64,000 nt of DNA. Origin: Dehalococcoidia bacterium (GTDB taxonomy: Bacteria; Chloroflexota; Dehalococcoidia; UBA2979). The stretch is taken from assembly GCA_965261685.1 (NCBI GenBank), contig CBDHDI010000026.1, positions 423,777 to 487,776 on the forward strand, read 5' to 3'. The notes under the pieces were generated by a model. The model saw only the letters and a list, made by a program, of their open reading frames with translations. It did not search any database and had not been told where the DNA came from. Positions 43,401 through 55,027 of this stretch are shown here, piece by piece. The translations under genes were made by a program, and so were the position numbers. Each line of letters begins with the position of its first letter. Positions within the stretch are counted from its first letter, which is position 1.

Positions 43401-46265
43401 GCCTACTCGGCGTCCTCCGAGGCGGACCTGGAGTTGGTGGGTTGGAGCCTGTCGGGCCCCGACGCCGGCTCCTTCCGCATCGACGAGCCCGGCGGCGTAT
43501 TGCGCTTCGACCTCCCCATCGTGGCCCCCAATCTCTTCTCTCCTCAGCCGGACTACGAAGCCCCGACCGACACGGGGAGCGACGGCGCCTACGAGGTGAC
43601 CGTCGAGGTAAGCGACGGCGTCACCACCCACTCGCTGGACGTGGCGGTGACGATCACCGATCAGGACGAAGCGGGGACGCTGACCCTGTCCCCGACCCGG
43701 CCCCGGCAGGGCGAACCCGTGACGGCGACGCTGGCCGACCCTGACGGCGTGACCGGGACGATCACCTACGAGTGGGAGCGCTCGGCGGGCCGCAACGCGT
43801 GGGTCACCATCGCCGGCGCGACCTCTGCCAGCTACTCGCCGGTCGCCGCTGACGCCGCGCACTACCTCCGAGTGACGGCGTCCTATACCGACGGTCACGG
43901 CTCCGGCCAGACCGCCCGGACGGTGACACCCAACGTGGTGCTGGCGCGAACACTGAGCCGGCTTGAGGTAGTCACGACCTCCTCGAGACAGCTGTATCCC
44001 GCGTTCGACCCCGGGACGCTCCACTATGCCGTGGGTTGCGTCGCAGCGGACACGCTGCGCCTGACGCTATCGACGACGGACGCCGATACCCGGCTGGCGG
44101 TCGACGGCGTCCAGTACGCCAATCAGAACGCAATCGTCGAGTTGACGGGCAAAGGCGGCGAGAGCGACATCCTGATCACGCTCAGCGGTGGTAGCGACGG
44201 CGCAAGCACCACCTATACGCTGCACTGCCTCGCCGAGGATTTTCCGACGATCACCGTGACAAGACTGGACGGCGCGTCGGAGTCGTTGATGACCATCTCA
44301 TATGGGCAGTACCTCGCGATCATCGATCACAACGGGGTACCTCGGTTCCGGGGGCAGGGGCGAGGACATTTCAGGGCGTACCCGGACGGCGGGTATCCAT
44401 ATGCGGTATACGTCCACGCGGACTCTGCATATACCGTGTACGACGAAACTTTCAACGTAGTCCAGAGTGGGATCACAACGGTCAATCTCCACGACACGAA
44501 CTCGCACGACTTTTTCATCAAACCGAACGGTGATTACGTGCTGATAGCGTATGAGCCTGCGGTGCGCGATCTGAGCTTCATATCTGAACAATTTGGTCTG
44601 ACGAACGAGGACGGCGAACCATACGGTACCGCCGAGGACGTGAAAGATTCAGTGATCCAGGTGGTAACGCCTGCCGGGCAAGAAGTGTTCCTGTGGAGCT
44701 CCTGGGATCACATGGCGATCGAAGACTGCACGCAACATCGCTTCCCCGGTGATTACGCGCACATCAACTCAGTACAGGCCGCGGATGGGGACATCATCGC
44801 TTCATTCCGGGGCTGCTCGAAGGTGTTGAGGATCGATGGGACCAGCGGTGATGTGATCTGGCGGCTGGGCAGGAGCAATCTGAGTACAGAGGAGTGGGAG
44901 AGCCGCAGCATCGGTCCGCCGCCGCTGAAGATCGTTGGCGACCCCTATGGGGAGTTCTGTGGGCAGCATGCGGCGCGGTTGCTGGACAATGGCCACCTCA
45001 TCCTCTTCGACAACGGCGTGCAGTGCCTTGAAGATCCACGAACAGGCGGGACGGAACGAGTCGGCGGTCAGTTCAGCAGAGTCGTTGAGTACGCCATCGA
45101 TCTGAAAAACGGCGAAGCGATCTTCCAGCGTCACGCCTTCTTGCACGGCAACATGAACCACCTGTCCTACGCGATGGGTCAAGCCGATGCGCTGGACAAC
45201 GGCAACTGGTTGATCACCTGGGGCCGGGGCGCCAGAGTCCGCGATCCTCAGGATCCCGATCCTCCTGACGTGTCGGCAACGCAGGTGAATCCGGCGACCG
45301 GAGTCGAAGAACTCACGGTCGTCGCCAGGATCGACGGCGATGTCCAGACAGAAGGCCGGATGTACCCTGTGGCCCCGGTGGCGCTGGCCACCGAACCCAT
45401 CGCCCTGACGGCCGAGTTCCCCGCGAGCACGTACACATCAATCTTCCATCTCGGCGTCACGGACTCGCCGCAGGTCGTCGTGGCCTTCAGCCGCCCGATC
45501 GTCGACTTCGACGACACCACCCCATCGCTCACCGTCCGCGGCGCGGAAGTCGCGAGCGTCAGCCCGCACGTCGTCGCCGGCGAGCCGGCTTACGCCTACC
45601 TGTTCACGCTGACGCCGGACGGCGACGGCGCGATCACGCTCACGCTGCTTGCCAACCGGAGTTGCTCCTCGGGAGGCATCTGTACCGCGGACGGCGCAAT
45701 GCTGTCGGAAGTCCCCGGCACGTACACGATCGAAGCGCCGGTGCGCGTCTCCTTCGAGCAGACGAGCTTCACGGCATCGGAAGGCGCGTCAGCCTCGATC
45801 GTGGTGAGCCTGAGCGCGCCGAGCGGGCCCTTCGGGCTCACCATCCCGATCGTGGTCACAGGCGGCACGGCGTCCGCGGACGAGTACAGCGCCCCGGAAC
45901 AGGTGGTCTTCAGCAGCGGTAGCGACCGGCAGGCCGTTTCCATTCCGCTTGGCGACGACGCGCTGATCGAAGGCGACGAGACCATTGCGCTCGCTTTCGG
46001 CGACTTGCCCCCAGGCGTCACGCCGGGAACCAACGCCACGACGACCGTGACGATCACGGATGCAGACAGCGCGGCGTTCGAGTTCGCGATCTCTGACGAC
46101 GAGGTGGGGGAAGGCGCCACGGTGGAGCTGACCGTCACCCTCGATGGCGACGCCACCTTCGCGACCGCGCAGACGATTAACCTCACCTTCCCGGGCGGCG
46201 CAGCCACCGCGGGAGTCGATTTCACCGTCGCAGATTCCCGGGGACAAACGCTGACGGCCCCTTAT
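37425..46265 (+). CDS. Giant secreted modular surface protein, segment A (2,947 codons): signal peptide, FN3, cadherin-like beta-sandwich, propeller repeats, Calx-beta, cadherin, FN3, PPDK_N-like ATP-grasp, Ig-like, ASST-like propeller, Calx-beta; interrupted by IS1380 copy 4
   Basis: Signal peptide MLRIARIVAVRSMIGALGALVALLASLDSAHA. Domains were assigned by motif recognition (see findings). Confidence 0.8.
38520..39170 (+). repeat. ~13-14 tandem ~47-aa 'GxWSDGxTMWVxD...KLYAYxxxTGxRxxxxDFxTL' repeats (predicted beta-propeller blades), coding
   Basis: GLWSDGTTMWVAEDHDPLERLFAYARDTRLRDPDKDFETL / GIWSDGMTMWVADSYDEKLYGYAMDTRQRASGKDFNSL, and so on. A second array lies at 53480..54170. Confidence 0.7.
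41480..43320 (+). other. Embedded PPDK_N / PEP-synthase-like ATP-grasp (PEP/pyruvate-binding) domain within the giant protein
   Basis: LGVKAANVAELGKLGFPEGAVPDGFAIPFYFYDEFM (cf. GGKxAxLxE...VPxGF), RYRSSTNNEDLPGFSGAGLYDS (cf. RSSATAEDLPxASFAGQ), LKQVFASLWNFRAF, and MGILVHPNYSDERANGVAVSFDP (cf. MAVxVQxMVxxxxSGVxFTxDP). Confidence 0.6.
44230..45300 (+). other. Arylsulfotransferase (ASST)-like beta-propeller domain preceded by cadherin-like beta-sandwich
   Basis: LHDTNSHDFFIKPNGDYVLIAYE...HINSVQAADGDIIASFRGCSKVLRIDGTSGDVIWRLG...HAARLLDNGHLILFDNG. Recalled similarity to the ASST family (PF05935). Confidence 0.45.
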
Positions 46266-47923
46266 CTCGAATCCACCGATCGAAGCTTGAAGGGGCGGGC
46301 TGCCGGGCTGCCGGAGCGTTCGGCGGGCGTGCCGGCGTTCGCCGGGCGGTGCCGGAGCGAGGAGCCGTCGCTCAGCGTCGCTCAGCGCGGCTCGGGGGCG
46401 CTGAGGGCGCCGGCGCGAGGGTGCGCGAGGCGTGCGCGGGCATGCTGGCGCGAGCCTCGGACCCGTGTTGGCGCTGTGAGCGAGCGTCAGGCCGGGAGCG
46501 GTAACGCCCGTAACCGCGCCAGGGCGGCTGCCCACTGGCCAGCCCAGGGCCAGCGCTTCGCGAGGTGCAGGGTCCAGCGCCGTGCAGAATGGGTGAGCCG
46601 TCCGGCGAGAGCGAAGTAGCGCCGCCTGAGCGTCCTGGTCGTCACGATCCCCTCGCCGAGCCCGAGCCGCGCCGTCCAGCGGGCGAGGTTGTGCGCGATC
46701 ACCTGCACCGCGAGCCACGCCCCGTTCGCGCCGAAGCGGCCCGAGGGGAGATGGTTCAGCCCGACGCCGTACTTGAGGTCACGGATCGTGTTCTCGATCT
46801 CGGCGTGACGGCGATGGTCGGCCTCCAGCTCCAGCAGCTCCCCGGCGCGATCGGTGATGAAGGCGTGGTAACTATAGTTCGCAAAGAGCGCGAGCTGTGA
46901 GCCGGGCGTCGGCTTGACGCGCCGCACGATGAGCCGCACCGCGGTGGCATCCTCCTTGTGCTGGAACGGCGTGTAGGTCGTCTCGGCGACATCCGCGCCG
47001 CCCGGCAGCCAGTACGGGATCGGCGTCCAGTCCTCTTCCGGGATCGCCTCGATCAGCGTGCGTACGTTCGGCTGCTGGCGAATGGTGATGGAGAAGCGGA
47101 CATCCTGCTTGCGGCAGACGGCGACGACGGCGTGGTTGTAGAAGCCGCTGTCGGCGCGCACCGTGAGCTGCCCGCTCGCCCCGGCGTCGCGCACCCGCGC
47201 CACCGTCTCACGCAGGAAGTGGGCGGCGCCGCGGGCGGTGTTGGCGCGGCCCTCGCGCAGCCGCGCCATCAGCACGTCACCCGTCCCGGCCGCAACGGCG
47301 AGCAGCGGGTGATAGCCGCGCACGCCCGTGTAGCCGTGGTGCCGGGCGCCCTCCTTCGCCAGGCCGTAGGTCTCGCAGATCGTCGAATCGAGGTCGATCG
47401 TGAACGGCGCCGCGCCCGGGCCCGCTCCGGCCGCCCAGCTGCGGGCGAGCAACTCGCGGCTGAGGCGGTCGAGCTGGCGGACGTGGCCCCAGCTGAAGCT
47501 GCGCAGGAAGACACCGAGCGTGGACGGCGCCTTGACGGTGCAACCGAGCACGCTCGCCGTCCCGCCGGCGCGCAACGCAGCGGCGTCGTCGATGCACTCG
47601 CCGCCCGCGAGCGCCGAGGCGACCAGGGTCAGCAGCTTGTCGCCGGCGTTCGCCCGGCCCGGCGCGTCACCGAGGTCGAGGTAGCTGTCGGCGAGCTCTT
47701 GCAAACCGAGATGCTGGGCGAGCGTGGCCGGGAGGAGCAGCCCCGCATCGGCCACCAGGCGGTCGTCGTCGAAGGCGATGTCTATCCGGTCGGGGTCGCT
47801 CGTTGGTAGCATCGAATGGGTGCTCCCTGTGGCTGTGACGTGATTCGGTCAAAAACCATTGTCCCAGCTACAGCGGAGCACCCAACCGCAACCGCTCATG
47901 CGCTCTTCTTCGGTGGATCCCGG
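46266..47923 (-). mobile_element. IS1380-family IS, copy 4 (1658 bp), TSD CTTAT, inserted in giant gene
   Basis: gccccTTAT|ctcgaatcc ... ggatcccgg|CTTATgcg. Transposase 46487..47812 (-). Confidence 0.85.
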
Positions 47924-47928
47924 CTTAT

Positions 47929-50900
47929 GCGCTCACCCTGCCCGCGGGCTCCAGCTCGGTGGCGGCCACGATCAGCATCGTTGACGACGCCGAGGAAGAA
48001 GGCAACGAGACCATCGTGGTCAGGGCCCGGCATGGAGCCGATGCCGTTGGTGACCTCCAGGTCATCAAGATCCTGGCCAACGACGAACCCATCATCGGCA
48101 ACACCCTGCCAGTGTTCAGGGATGGTCAGTTTGCGGCACGATCCATTGCCGAGAACACCGGGCCGAACATGGACATCGGCACCCGGCTCGAGGCAAGGGA
48201 TGTCGATCCGGGGGACACGCTGACGTACTCGCTGGGCGGCACGGACGGTGGCTTCTTCACCGTCGTCCGGACCAGCGGTCAACTCCAGACCCGGTCCGGC
48301 ATCACCTACGACCACGAGGCGCGGTCGAGCTACCGCGTGACCGTGAGCGTCTCGGACGGCGCGGCCACTGCATCGATCGACGTGACGATCGCGGTGACCG
48401 ATGTGGACGAACCGCCCGATGCGCCTGTCGTGCGGGTGGGCAGCGCGTCGCCCGTCAGCCTCAATGTGATGTGGCTGGCGCCCGCCACCCCCGACCGCCC
48501 CGCAGTCAGCAACTACGACGTGCGCTACAAGCTGGACAGCGAAACGACGTTCATCGACGGCCCTCAGGATGTGAGCGGGACGAGCACGACGATTGCTGGT
48601 CTGCTACCAGCCTCCAGCTACGACGTGCAGGTGCGAGCGACGAACGCTGAGGGCGACGGAGCCTGGTCGGCGTCGCAACCGGGCGAGACGGCCGTGCTGC
48701 CGGCGGTCACGCTGATCCTGAGTGCATCTTCGATACCCGAGGACCGCGGGATGAGCACGGTGACCGCGACCGTGTCACCGGCCTCGCCTGCACCCTTCTC
48801 CGTGGAGATCTGGGCAGCGGCCGTCCCGCCGATCCCGGGCCAATTCGAGACCAGCCTGAATAACATCCTCAGCTTCGCGGCGAACGCGACGCAGAGCACC
48901 GGCCAAGTGGTGATCACGGGCCTCGTCGCGACGGTGGTGAACGTAACCGGCACCGTGTCGCCGGCCGGCGTCCTGGTGAAACCGCCGGCCCGCGTCCAGC
49001 TGCGAATCACAGATGTGGACCCCGCAGTGACAGTGCGCTTCGGGAGTGCCACCTACAACGTGCCCGAGGGGGGCATCCGACGCATCAGCGTGCTCCTGGA
49101 CGAGGACCCGGAGCGCACAGTGGTCATCCCCATCACGAAGACCAACCAGGGCGGAGCGCGCAGCGGCGACTACTCCGTCGACCCTGACCCTACCAACGTG
49201 ACGTTCAACGCCGGCGGAGACCTGACGCAGACCTTCACCTTCACCGCCACCGCTGACACGGACGACGACGATGGCGAGAGCGTGTTGCTGAGCTTCGGCA
49301 CTCCCTTGCCCACGCGTGTGTCCACCCTCGCGCCCATCCAGAGCACGGTCAGCATCATCGACGACGACGATCCGGAGGTAACCGTTAAGTTCGGCGCATC
49401 CTCGATCAACGTGGGTGAGGGCGACAGCGCCACCATCACCGTGACCATCAGCGCCGACCCGGAGCGCACCGTGGTCATCCCGATCACGAAGACCGGGGAG
49501 CACGGCGCCACCGCGCAAGGCGAAACGGGCGCCGACTACTCGGGCGTCCCGAACAGCGTGATCTTCACCGCCAGCGGGTCGCAGACCTTCACCCTCACGG
49601 CGACGCAGGACCGCATTGACGACGACAACGAGGTGGTCAAGCTGGGCTTTGACACCGACAAGCTGCCGCCGGGCGTTACTGCCGAGAGTCCCACCACGCA
49701 GACGATCAACATCGGCGACGACGACAAGCGCGGCGTGACGGTCACGCCGGACGAGCTGGGCGTCAACGAGGACATGTCAGGCACCTACACGGTGGTGCTG
49801 GACACGCAGCCCACGGCGAACGTGACGGTGACGCCCAGGACGACGAGCAGCGAAGTGACGCTCTCCGGCGACCTCATGTTCACGCCGACCGACTGGGACA
49901 CTGCCCAGATGGTCACCGTCACGGCGGGGAACGACGCCGACACGGTGGCTGAGACGCTGACTGTCACGCACACGACGCGCGGCGGCGACTACGACATGCT
50001 GGCGACCGCCAGTGTCGCGGTGACGTTGGTGGACGACGACATTGCCGGCGTCGCGATCAACCCTTCGAATCTGGAGATTGACGAGGGATCGGAAAAAACG
50101 TTCACCGTCAAGCTGATCACCGAGCCCGGTAACGTCGTGACTGTCACGATGAGCTCCCGCGACGCGGCCGTGGCGACCGTCAGCGACGACTCGCTGACCT
50201 TCACGACCGGCGACTGGAGCACGGAGCAGGAGGTGACCGTCGCGGCTGCGCAGGACGACGGCGCGGCGAACAACGACACGATGATCACCTTTGGCGTGAG
50301 CGGCTACGGAAGCGTTACGGAGGCTGCACCCGTCACGGTCACCGTGGAGGACGACGACGAGCGCGCCGTGACGATCAGCGTGAGCGCGCTCACGGTGGAG
50401 GAGGAAGCGGCCACCGCCGACCCGCCGACCAACACCTACACGGTGGTGCTGGACACGCAGCCGGAGCAAGGGGAAGGCAACGTGACCGTCGCCATCACCT
50501 CCGACAACGACGACATCAGGACTAACGGCGGCAGCGCCACGTCGGCGAGCCCGTACAACCTGACCTTCACGTCCACCAACTGGGACCAACCGCAGACGGT
50601 GGCGGTCACGGCGATCAACGACCTCGACGGCTGGAACGAGGAAGCGACGCTCACCCACGCCGTGAGCGGCGCGGACTACGGCGCCGTGAACGCCGGTGCC
50701 GTCGGTGTCACGGTGACGGACAACGACCTGCTCGGCCTGCGCGTCAGCCCCGCCGAGTACACCACCGAACGCGTGGACGTGACTGAGGGCACGACGTATA
50801 GCTACACGTTGGCGCTCCTGACGGTCCCGCTGGGCGACGTCACCGTCGACATCACCTCCAACAACCCGGACGTGACCGTGGACCCGACGAAGTTGACGAT

Positions 50901-51645
50901 CCTCGCCGCCCAGTGGAACGCCCCGCACACGGTCAAGATCACCGTGGCGGCCGACGCCGACGGTGAGGACGAGCCGGCGACGCTGTCGCACACCCTGAGC
51001 GGCTACGGAACGTACACCACCGGCCCCGATTTCCTGGTGCAAGTGCTGGACCGGAACGAGCCCGGCGTGTTCATCGAGCCGACGACGCTGGCGATCACCG
51101 ACGGCTTTACCGACGCGTACTCAGTCTGGCTGCGCACGGAGCCCAGCGGCACCGCAACGGTTCGGGTAGCGGGCCACGCGGGCACGGATGTGACGGTGAT
51201 GCCGGAGAGCCTCACCTTCAGTTCCTCGGACTGGAACGTGCCGCAGGCCGTCACGGTCACGGCTGCGGAGGATGAGGACGCGGACAACGACACGGTGACG
51301 CTGACGCACACCGTGAGCGGCTACGGCACGGTCACCACCACCGATGCTGTCACGGTGACCATCGTGGACCGCGACGAAGAGGGAATCACGGTCACGGACG
51401 TGACGCCCCCGCTGGAGGACCCCAACGAGGGCGATACCCCAGCCACGGGCACGTACACGATCGTGCTGGACACGCAGCCCAGCGGCGAGGTGATGGTCGC
51501 CATCACCTCCAACAACCCGGACGTGACGGTGATGCCGGAGAGCTCCATCTTCACGACCTCGGACTGGAACCAGTCCCAGACGGTCACCGTCACGGCCGCG
51601 GGTGACGCGGACGCAACGGACGACACGGCGACCCTGACCCATAAG
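47929..51645 (+). CDS. Giant surface protein, segment B (1,239 codons): Calx-beta continuation, cadherin, FN3, Calx-beta x3, six ~105-aa tandem repeats; interrupted by IS1380 copy 5
   Basis: Frame-compatible with segment A once the 1658-bp IS plus 5-bp TSD are removed; the join reads ...TLTAPY|ALTLPAGSSSVAATISIVDDAEEEGNETIVV (Calx-beta-like). Confidence 0.8.
49727..51640 (+). repeat. Six tandem ~105-110-aa coding repeats (GVTVTPxxLxVxEGxSxTYTVVLDTQPxxxVTVxxxS...DTxTLTHTVSG...VTVTxDDD)
   Basis: Periodicity visible in the translated sequence; repeats start near 49741, 50050, 50370, 50735, 51066 and 51381. Confidence 0.6.
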
Positions 51646-53303
51646 CCGGGATCCACCGAAGAAGAGCGCATGAGCGGTTGCGGTTGGGTGCTCCGCTGTA
51701 GCTGGGACAATGGTTTTTGACCGAATCACGTCACAGCCACAGGGAGCACCCATTCGATGCTACCAACGAGCGACCCCGACCGGATAGACATCGCCTTCGA
51801 CGACGACCGCCTGGTGGCCGATGCGGGGCTGCTCCTCCCGGCCACGCTCGCCCAGCATCTCGGTTTGCAAGAGCTCGCCGACAGCTACCTCGACCTCGGT
51901 GACGCGCCGGGCCGGGCGAACGCCGGCGACAAGCTGCTGACCCTGGTCGCCTCGGCGCTCGCGGGCGGCGAGTGCATCGACGACGCCGCTGCGTTGCGCG
52001 CCGGCGGGACGGCGAGCGTGCTCGGTTGCACCGTCAAGGCGCCGTCCACGCTCGGTGTCTTCCTGCGCAGCTTCAGCTGGGGCCACGTCCGCCAGCTCGA
52101 CCGCCTCAGCCGCGAGTTGCTCGCCCGCAGCTGGGCGGCCGGAGCGGGCCCGGGCGCGGCGCCGTTCACGATCGACCTCGATTCGACGATCTGCGAGACC
52201 TACGGCCTGGCGAAGGAGGGCGCCCGGCACCACGGCTACACGGGCGTGCGCGGCTATCACCCGCTGCTCGCCGTTGCGGCCGGGACGGGTGACGTGCTGA
52301 TGGCGCGGCTGCGCGAGGGCCGCGCCAACACCGCCCGCGGCGCCGCCCACTTCCTGCGTGAGACGGTGGCGCGGGTGCGCGACGCCGGGGCGAGCGGGCA
52401 GCTCACGGTGCGCGCCGACAGCGGCTTCTACAACCACGCCGTCGTCGCCGTCTGCCGCAAGCAGGATGTCCGCTTCTCCATCACCATTCGCCAGCAGCCG
52501 AACGTACGCACGCTGATCGAGGCGATCCCGGAAGAGGACTGGACGCCGATCCCGTACTGGCTGCCGGGCGGCGCGGATGTCGCCGAGACGACCTACACGC
52601 CGTTCCAGCACAAGGAGGATGCCACCGCGGTGCGGCTCATCGTGCGGCGCGTCAAGCCGACGCCCGGCTCACAGCTCGCGCTCTTTGCGAACTATAGTTA
52701 CCACGCCTTCATCACCGATCGCGCCGGGGAGCTGCTGGAGCTGGAGGCCGACCATCGCCGTCACGCCGAGATCGAGAACACGATCCGTGACCTCAAGTAC
52801 GGCGTCGGGCTGAACCATCTCCCCTCGGGCCGCTTCGGCGCGAACGGGGCGTGGCTCGCGGTGCAGGTGATCGCGCACAACCTCGCCCGCTGGACGGCGC
52901 GGCTCGGGCTCGGCGAGGGGATCGTGACGACCAGGACGCTCAGGCGGCGCTACTTCGCTCTCGCCGGACGGCTCACCCATTCTGCACGGCGCTGGACCCT
53001 GCACCTCGCGAAGCGCTGGCCCTGGGCTGGCCAGTGGGCAGCCGCCCTGGCGCGGTTACGGGCGTTACCGCTCCCGGCCTGACGCTCGCTCACAGCGCCA
53101 ACACGGGTCCGAGGCTCGCGCCAGCATGCCCGCGCACGCCTCGCGCACCCTCGCGCCGGCGCCCTCAGCGCCCCCGAGCCGCGCTGAGCGACGCTGAGCG
53201 ACGGCTCCTCGCTCCGGCACCGCCCGGCGAACGCCGGCACGCCCGCCGAACGCTCCGGCAGCCCGGCAGCCCGCCCCTTCAAGCTTCGATCGGTGGATTC
53301 GAG
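51646..53303 (+). mobile_element. IS1380-family IS, copy 5 (1658 bp), TSD ATAAG, inserted in giant gene
   Basis: ccATAAG|ccgggatccacc ... gattcgag|ATAAGgcc. Transposase 51757..53082 (+). Confidence 0.85.
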
Positions 53304-53308
53304 ATAAG

Positions 53309-55027
53309 GCCAGCGGCAGCGATTACAGCGCCACCGCCGCCCTCATGGTCACCGTCACCGACCTGGACGACCCGCCGACCACCAGCACTAGCACCGGCGG
53401 CGGTGGCGGTGGTCCCTCCGGCCCCGCGCCGAGCAAGGTCGAGTTCGAGTGGAACGTGACCCGCGACATCGAGCAGCTCGACAGCGGCCACGACTCCCCA
53501 ACGGGCGCCTGGTCGGACGGCACGCTGCTCTGGATCGCCGAGAACGGCGACGGGGCTGACGACGCCGTCTACGCCTACGACCTCGCCACGGGCGAGCGCC
53601 TCGAGGAGCGTGAGTTCGAACTCCACGAAACCAACCGCGCGCCGCGCGGCCTGTGGTCCAACGGCAAGACCGCCTGGGTCGCCGATAGCGGCCAGAACCG
53701 CCTCTTCGCCTACGACCTCGAGAGCGGCGAACGCGACGAAGAGCGCGAGGTCGAGCTCGACACGCGCAACCGCGACCCGCGCGGCATCTGGTCCGACAAG
53801 GAGACGATGTGGGTGCTCGACGGCGGCAAGAACGCGCTCTTCGCCTACGACCTCGCCACCGGCGAGCTGCTGGTCGAGTACACCCTGCACTCCACCAACG
53901 ACGACCCGCGGGGTCTCTGGTCCGACGGCGTCACCATCTGGGTCTCCGACCACGGCGCCAAGCGCATCTTCGCCTACCGGGTCGTGGCGCAGGACGCCGA
54001 GACCGCGACCGAGGACGAAGACGACGCGGCCGAGGAAGAGGCGCTCCTGCTCGATCGTGCCCGCGACGAGGAGTTCACCGAACTGAGCCGGGCCAGCAAC
54101 AACAGCCCGCGCGGCATCTGGTCCGACGGCGAGGTGATGTACGTCGCCGACGAGAGCGACGGCAGGGTCTACAGCTACAACCTGCCTGACGCCATCGACG
54201 CACGCCTCGCCTCGCTCACCCTCAGCGGCGTCGACATCGGGGAGTTCGATCCTGGCGCCATCGACTACCAGGGCGTCATCGCCGAGGGCGTGACCGAGAC
54301 GACGGTCGAGGCCGCAGCGATGCAGCGCCGCACGAACGTCGAGATCCACCCGCTCGACGCCAACGAGGCTGCCGACGGCCACCAGGTGGCGCTGGAAGGC
54401 CTGGACGCGATCACCGTCACCGTCACCTCGGCCGACGGCAGCCGCACCCGCGTCTACCGCGTTCGCCTCGGCGAGGAGGCGGCGAGCTGCCTGCGCGGCG
54501 ACATCGCCGAAGGCTTCAGCTTTGTGGTCCATGAGGGCGGCCCGGTCGAGGAACTGGTGGCCTGCGCGGAGAGCCGGGATGTGGTCGCGCTCTACGCGCT
54601 GCACGAGGGCGTCTACATCCCGTACATCCTTGGTGCGCCGGACTTCGTCAATGCGCGGTTCACGGAGCTGTACGCCGACGGCGTGCCCGCTCTCACACTG
54701 CTGATCGCCGGGAGCAACGGGCCTCCCAGTGAGGATCCGCTGGGCGATACCGGCATGCCACAGCCCTGGCCCGAGTGTCTGCGGGGTGAGATCGCGGAGG
54801 GGTTCAGCCCGGTGCTCTACGAGGGCGGCAGCGTCGACGACCTGGCGGCGTGCGCGCAGGGCCGAGGAGTCACAGCCGTGTATACCCTCGCGAGCGGGGA
54901 GTGGATCTCGTACATCCTCGGCGCACCTGAGTTCGCGAACCAGGCCTTCCGGGAATTGTTCGCCGAGGGGCTGGCCGCCGTCACGCCGCTGGTCGTCAGG
55001 AGCGAGGGACCTGCCGCAGGTAACTGA
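53309..55027 (+). CDS. Giant surface protein, segment C (572 codons): linker, second propeller-repeat array, cadherin-like beta-sandwich, 2.5 copies of novel Cys-containing C-terminal module
   Basis: The join reads ...ATLTHK|ASGSDYSATAALMVTVTDLDDPP. The C-terminal modules are CLRGDIAEGFSFVVHEGGPVEELVACAESRDVVALYALHEGVYIPYILGAPDFVNARFTELYADGVPALTLL, repeated. Confidence 0.8.
   Translation, partial: ASGSDYSATAALMVTVTDLDDPPTTSTSTGGGGGGPSGPAPSKVEFEWNVTRDIEQLDSGHDSPTGAWSDGTLLWIAENGDGADDAVYAYDLATGERLEEREFELHETNRAPRGLWSNGKTAWVADSGQNRLFAYDLESGERDEEREVELDTRNRDPRGIWSDKETMWVLDGGKNALFAYDLATGELLVEYTLHSTNDDPRGLWSDGVTIWVSDHGAKRIFAYRVVAQDAETATEDEDDAAEEEALLLDRARDEEFTELSRASNNSPRGIWSDGEVMYVADESDGRVYSYNLPDAIDARLASLTLSGVDIGEFDPGAIDYQGVIAEGVTETTVEAAAMQRRTNVEIHPLDANEAADGHQVALEGLDAITVTVTSADGSRTRVYRVRLGEEAASCLRGDIAEGFSFVVHEGGPVEELVACAESRDVVALYALHEGVYIPYILGAPDFVNARFTELYADGVPALTLLIAGSNGPPSEDPLGDTGMPQPWPECLRGEIAEGFSPVLYEGGSVDDLAACAQGRGVTAVYTLASGEWISYILGAPEFANQAFRELFAEGLAAVTPLVVRSEGPAAGN

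Noticed and set aside
41691-44024. 777-aa minus-strand ORF (also 53279..55042, 49777..51042 and 39867..41648 on the minus strand)
   Set aside because: They are antisense to the giant surface-protein gene, whose sense frame carries recognisable Calx-beta/FN3/ATP-grasp domains. High GC keeps the antisense frames open.
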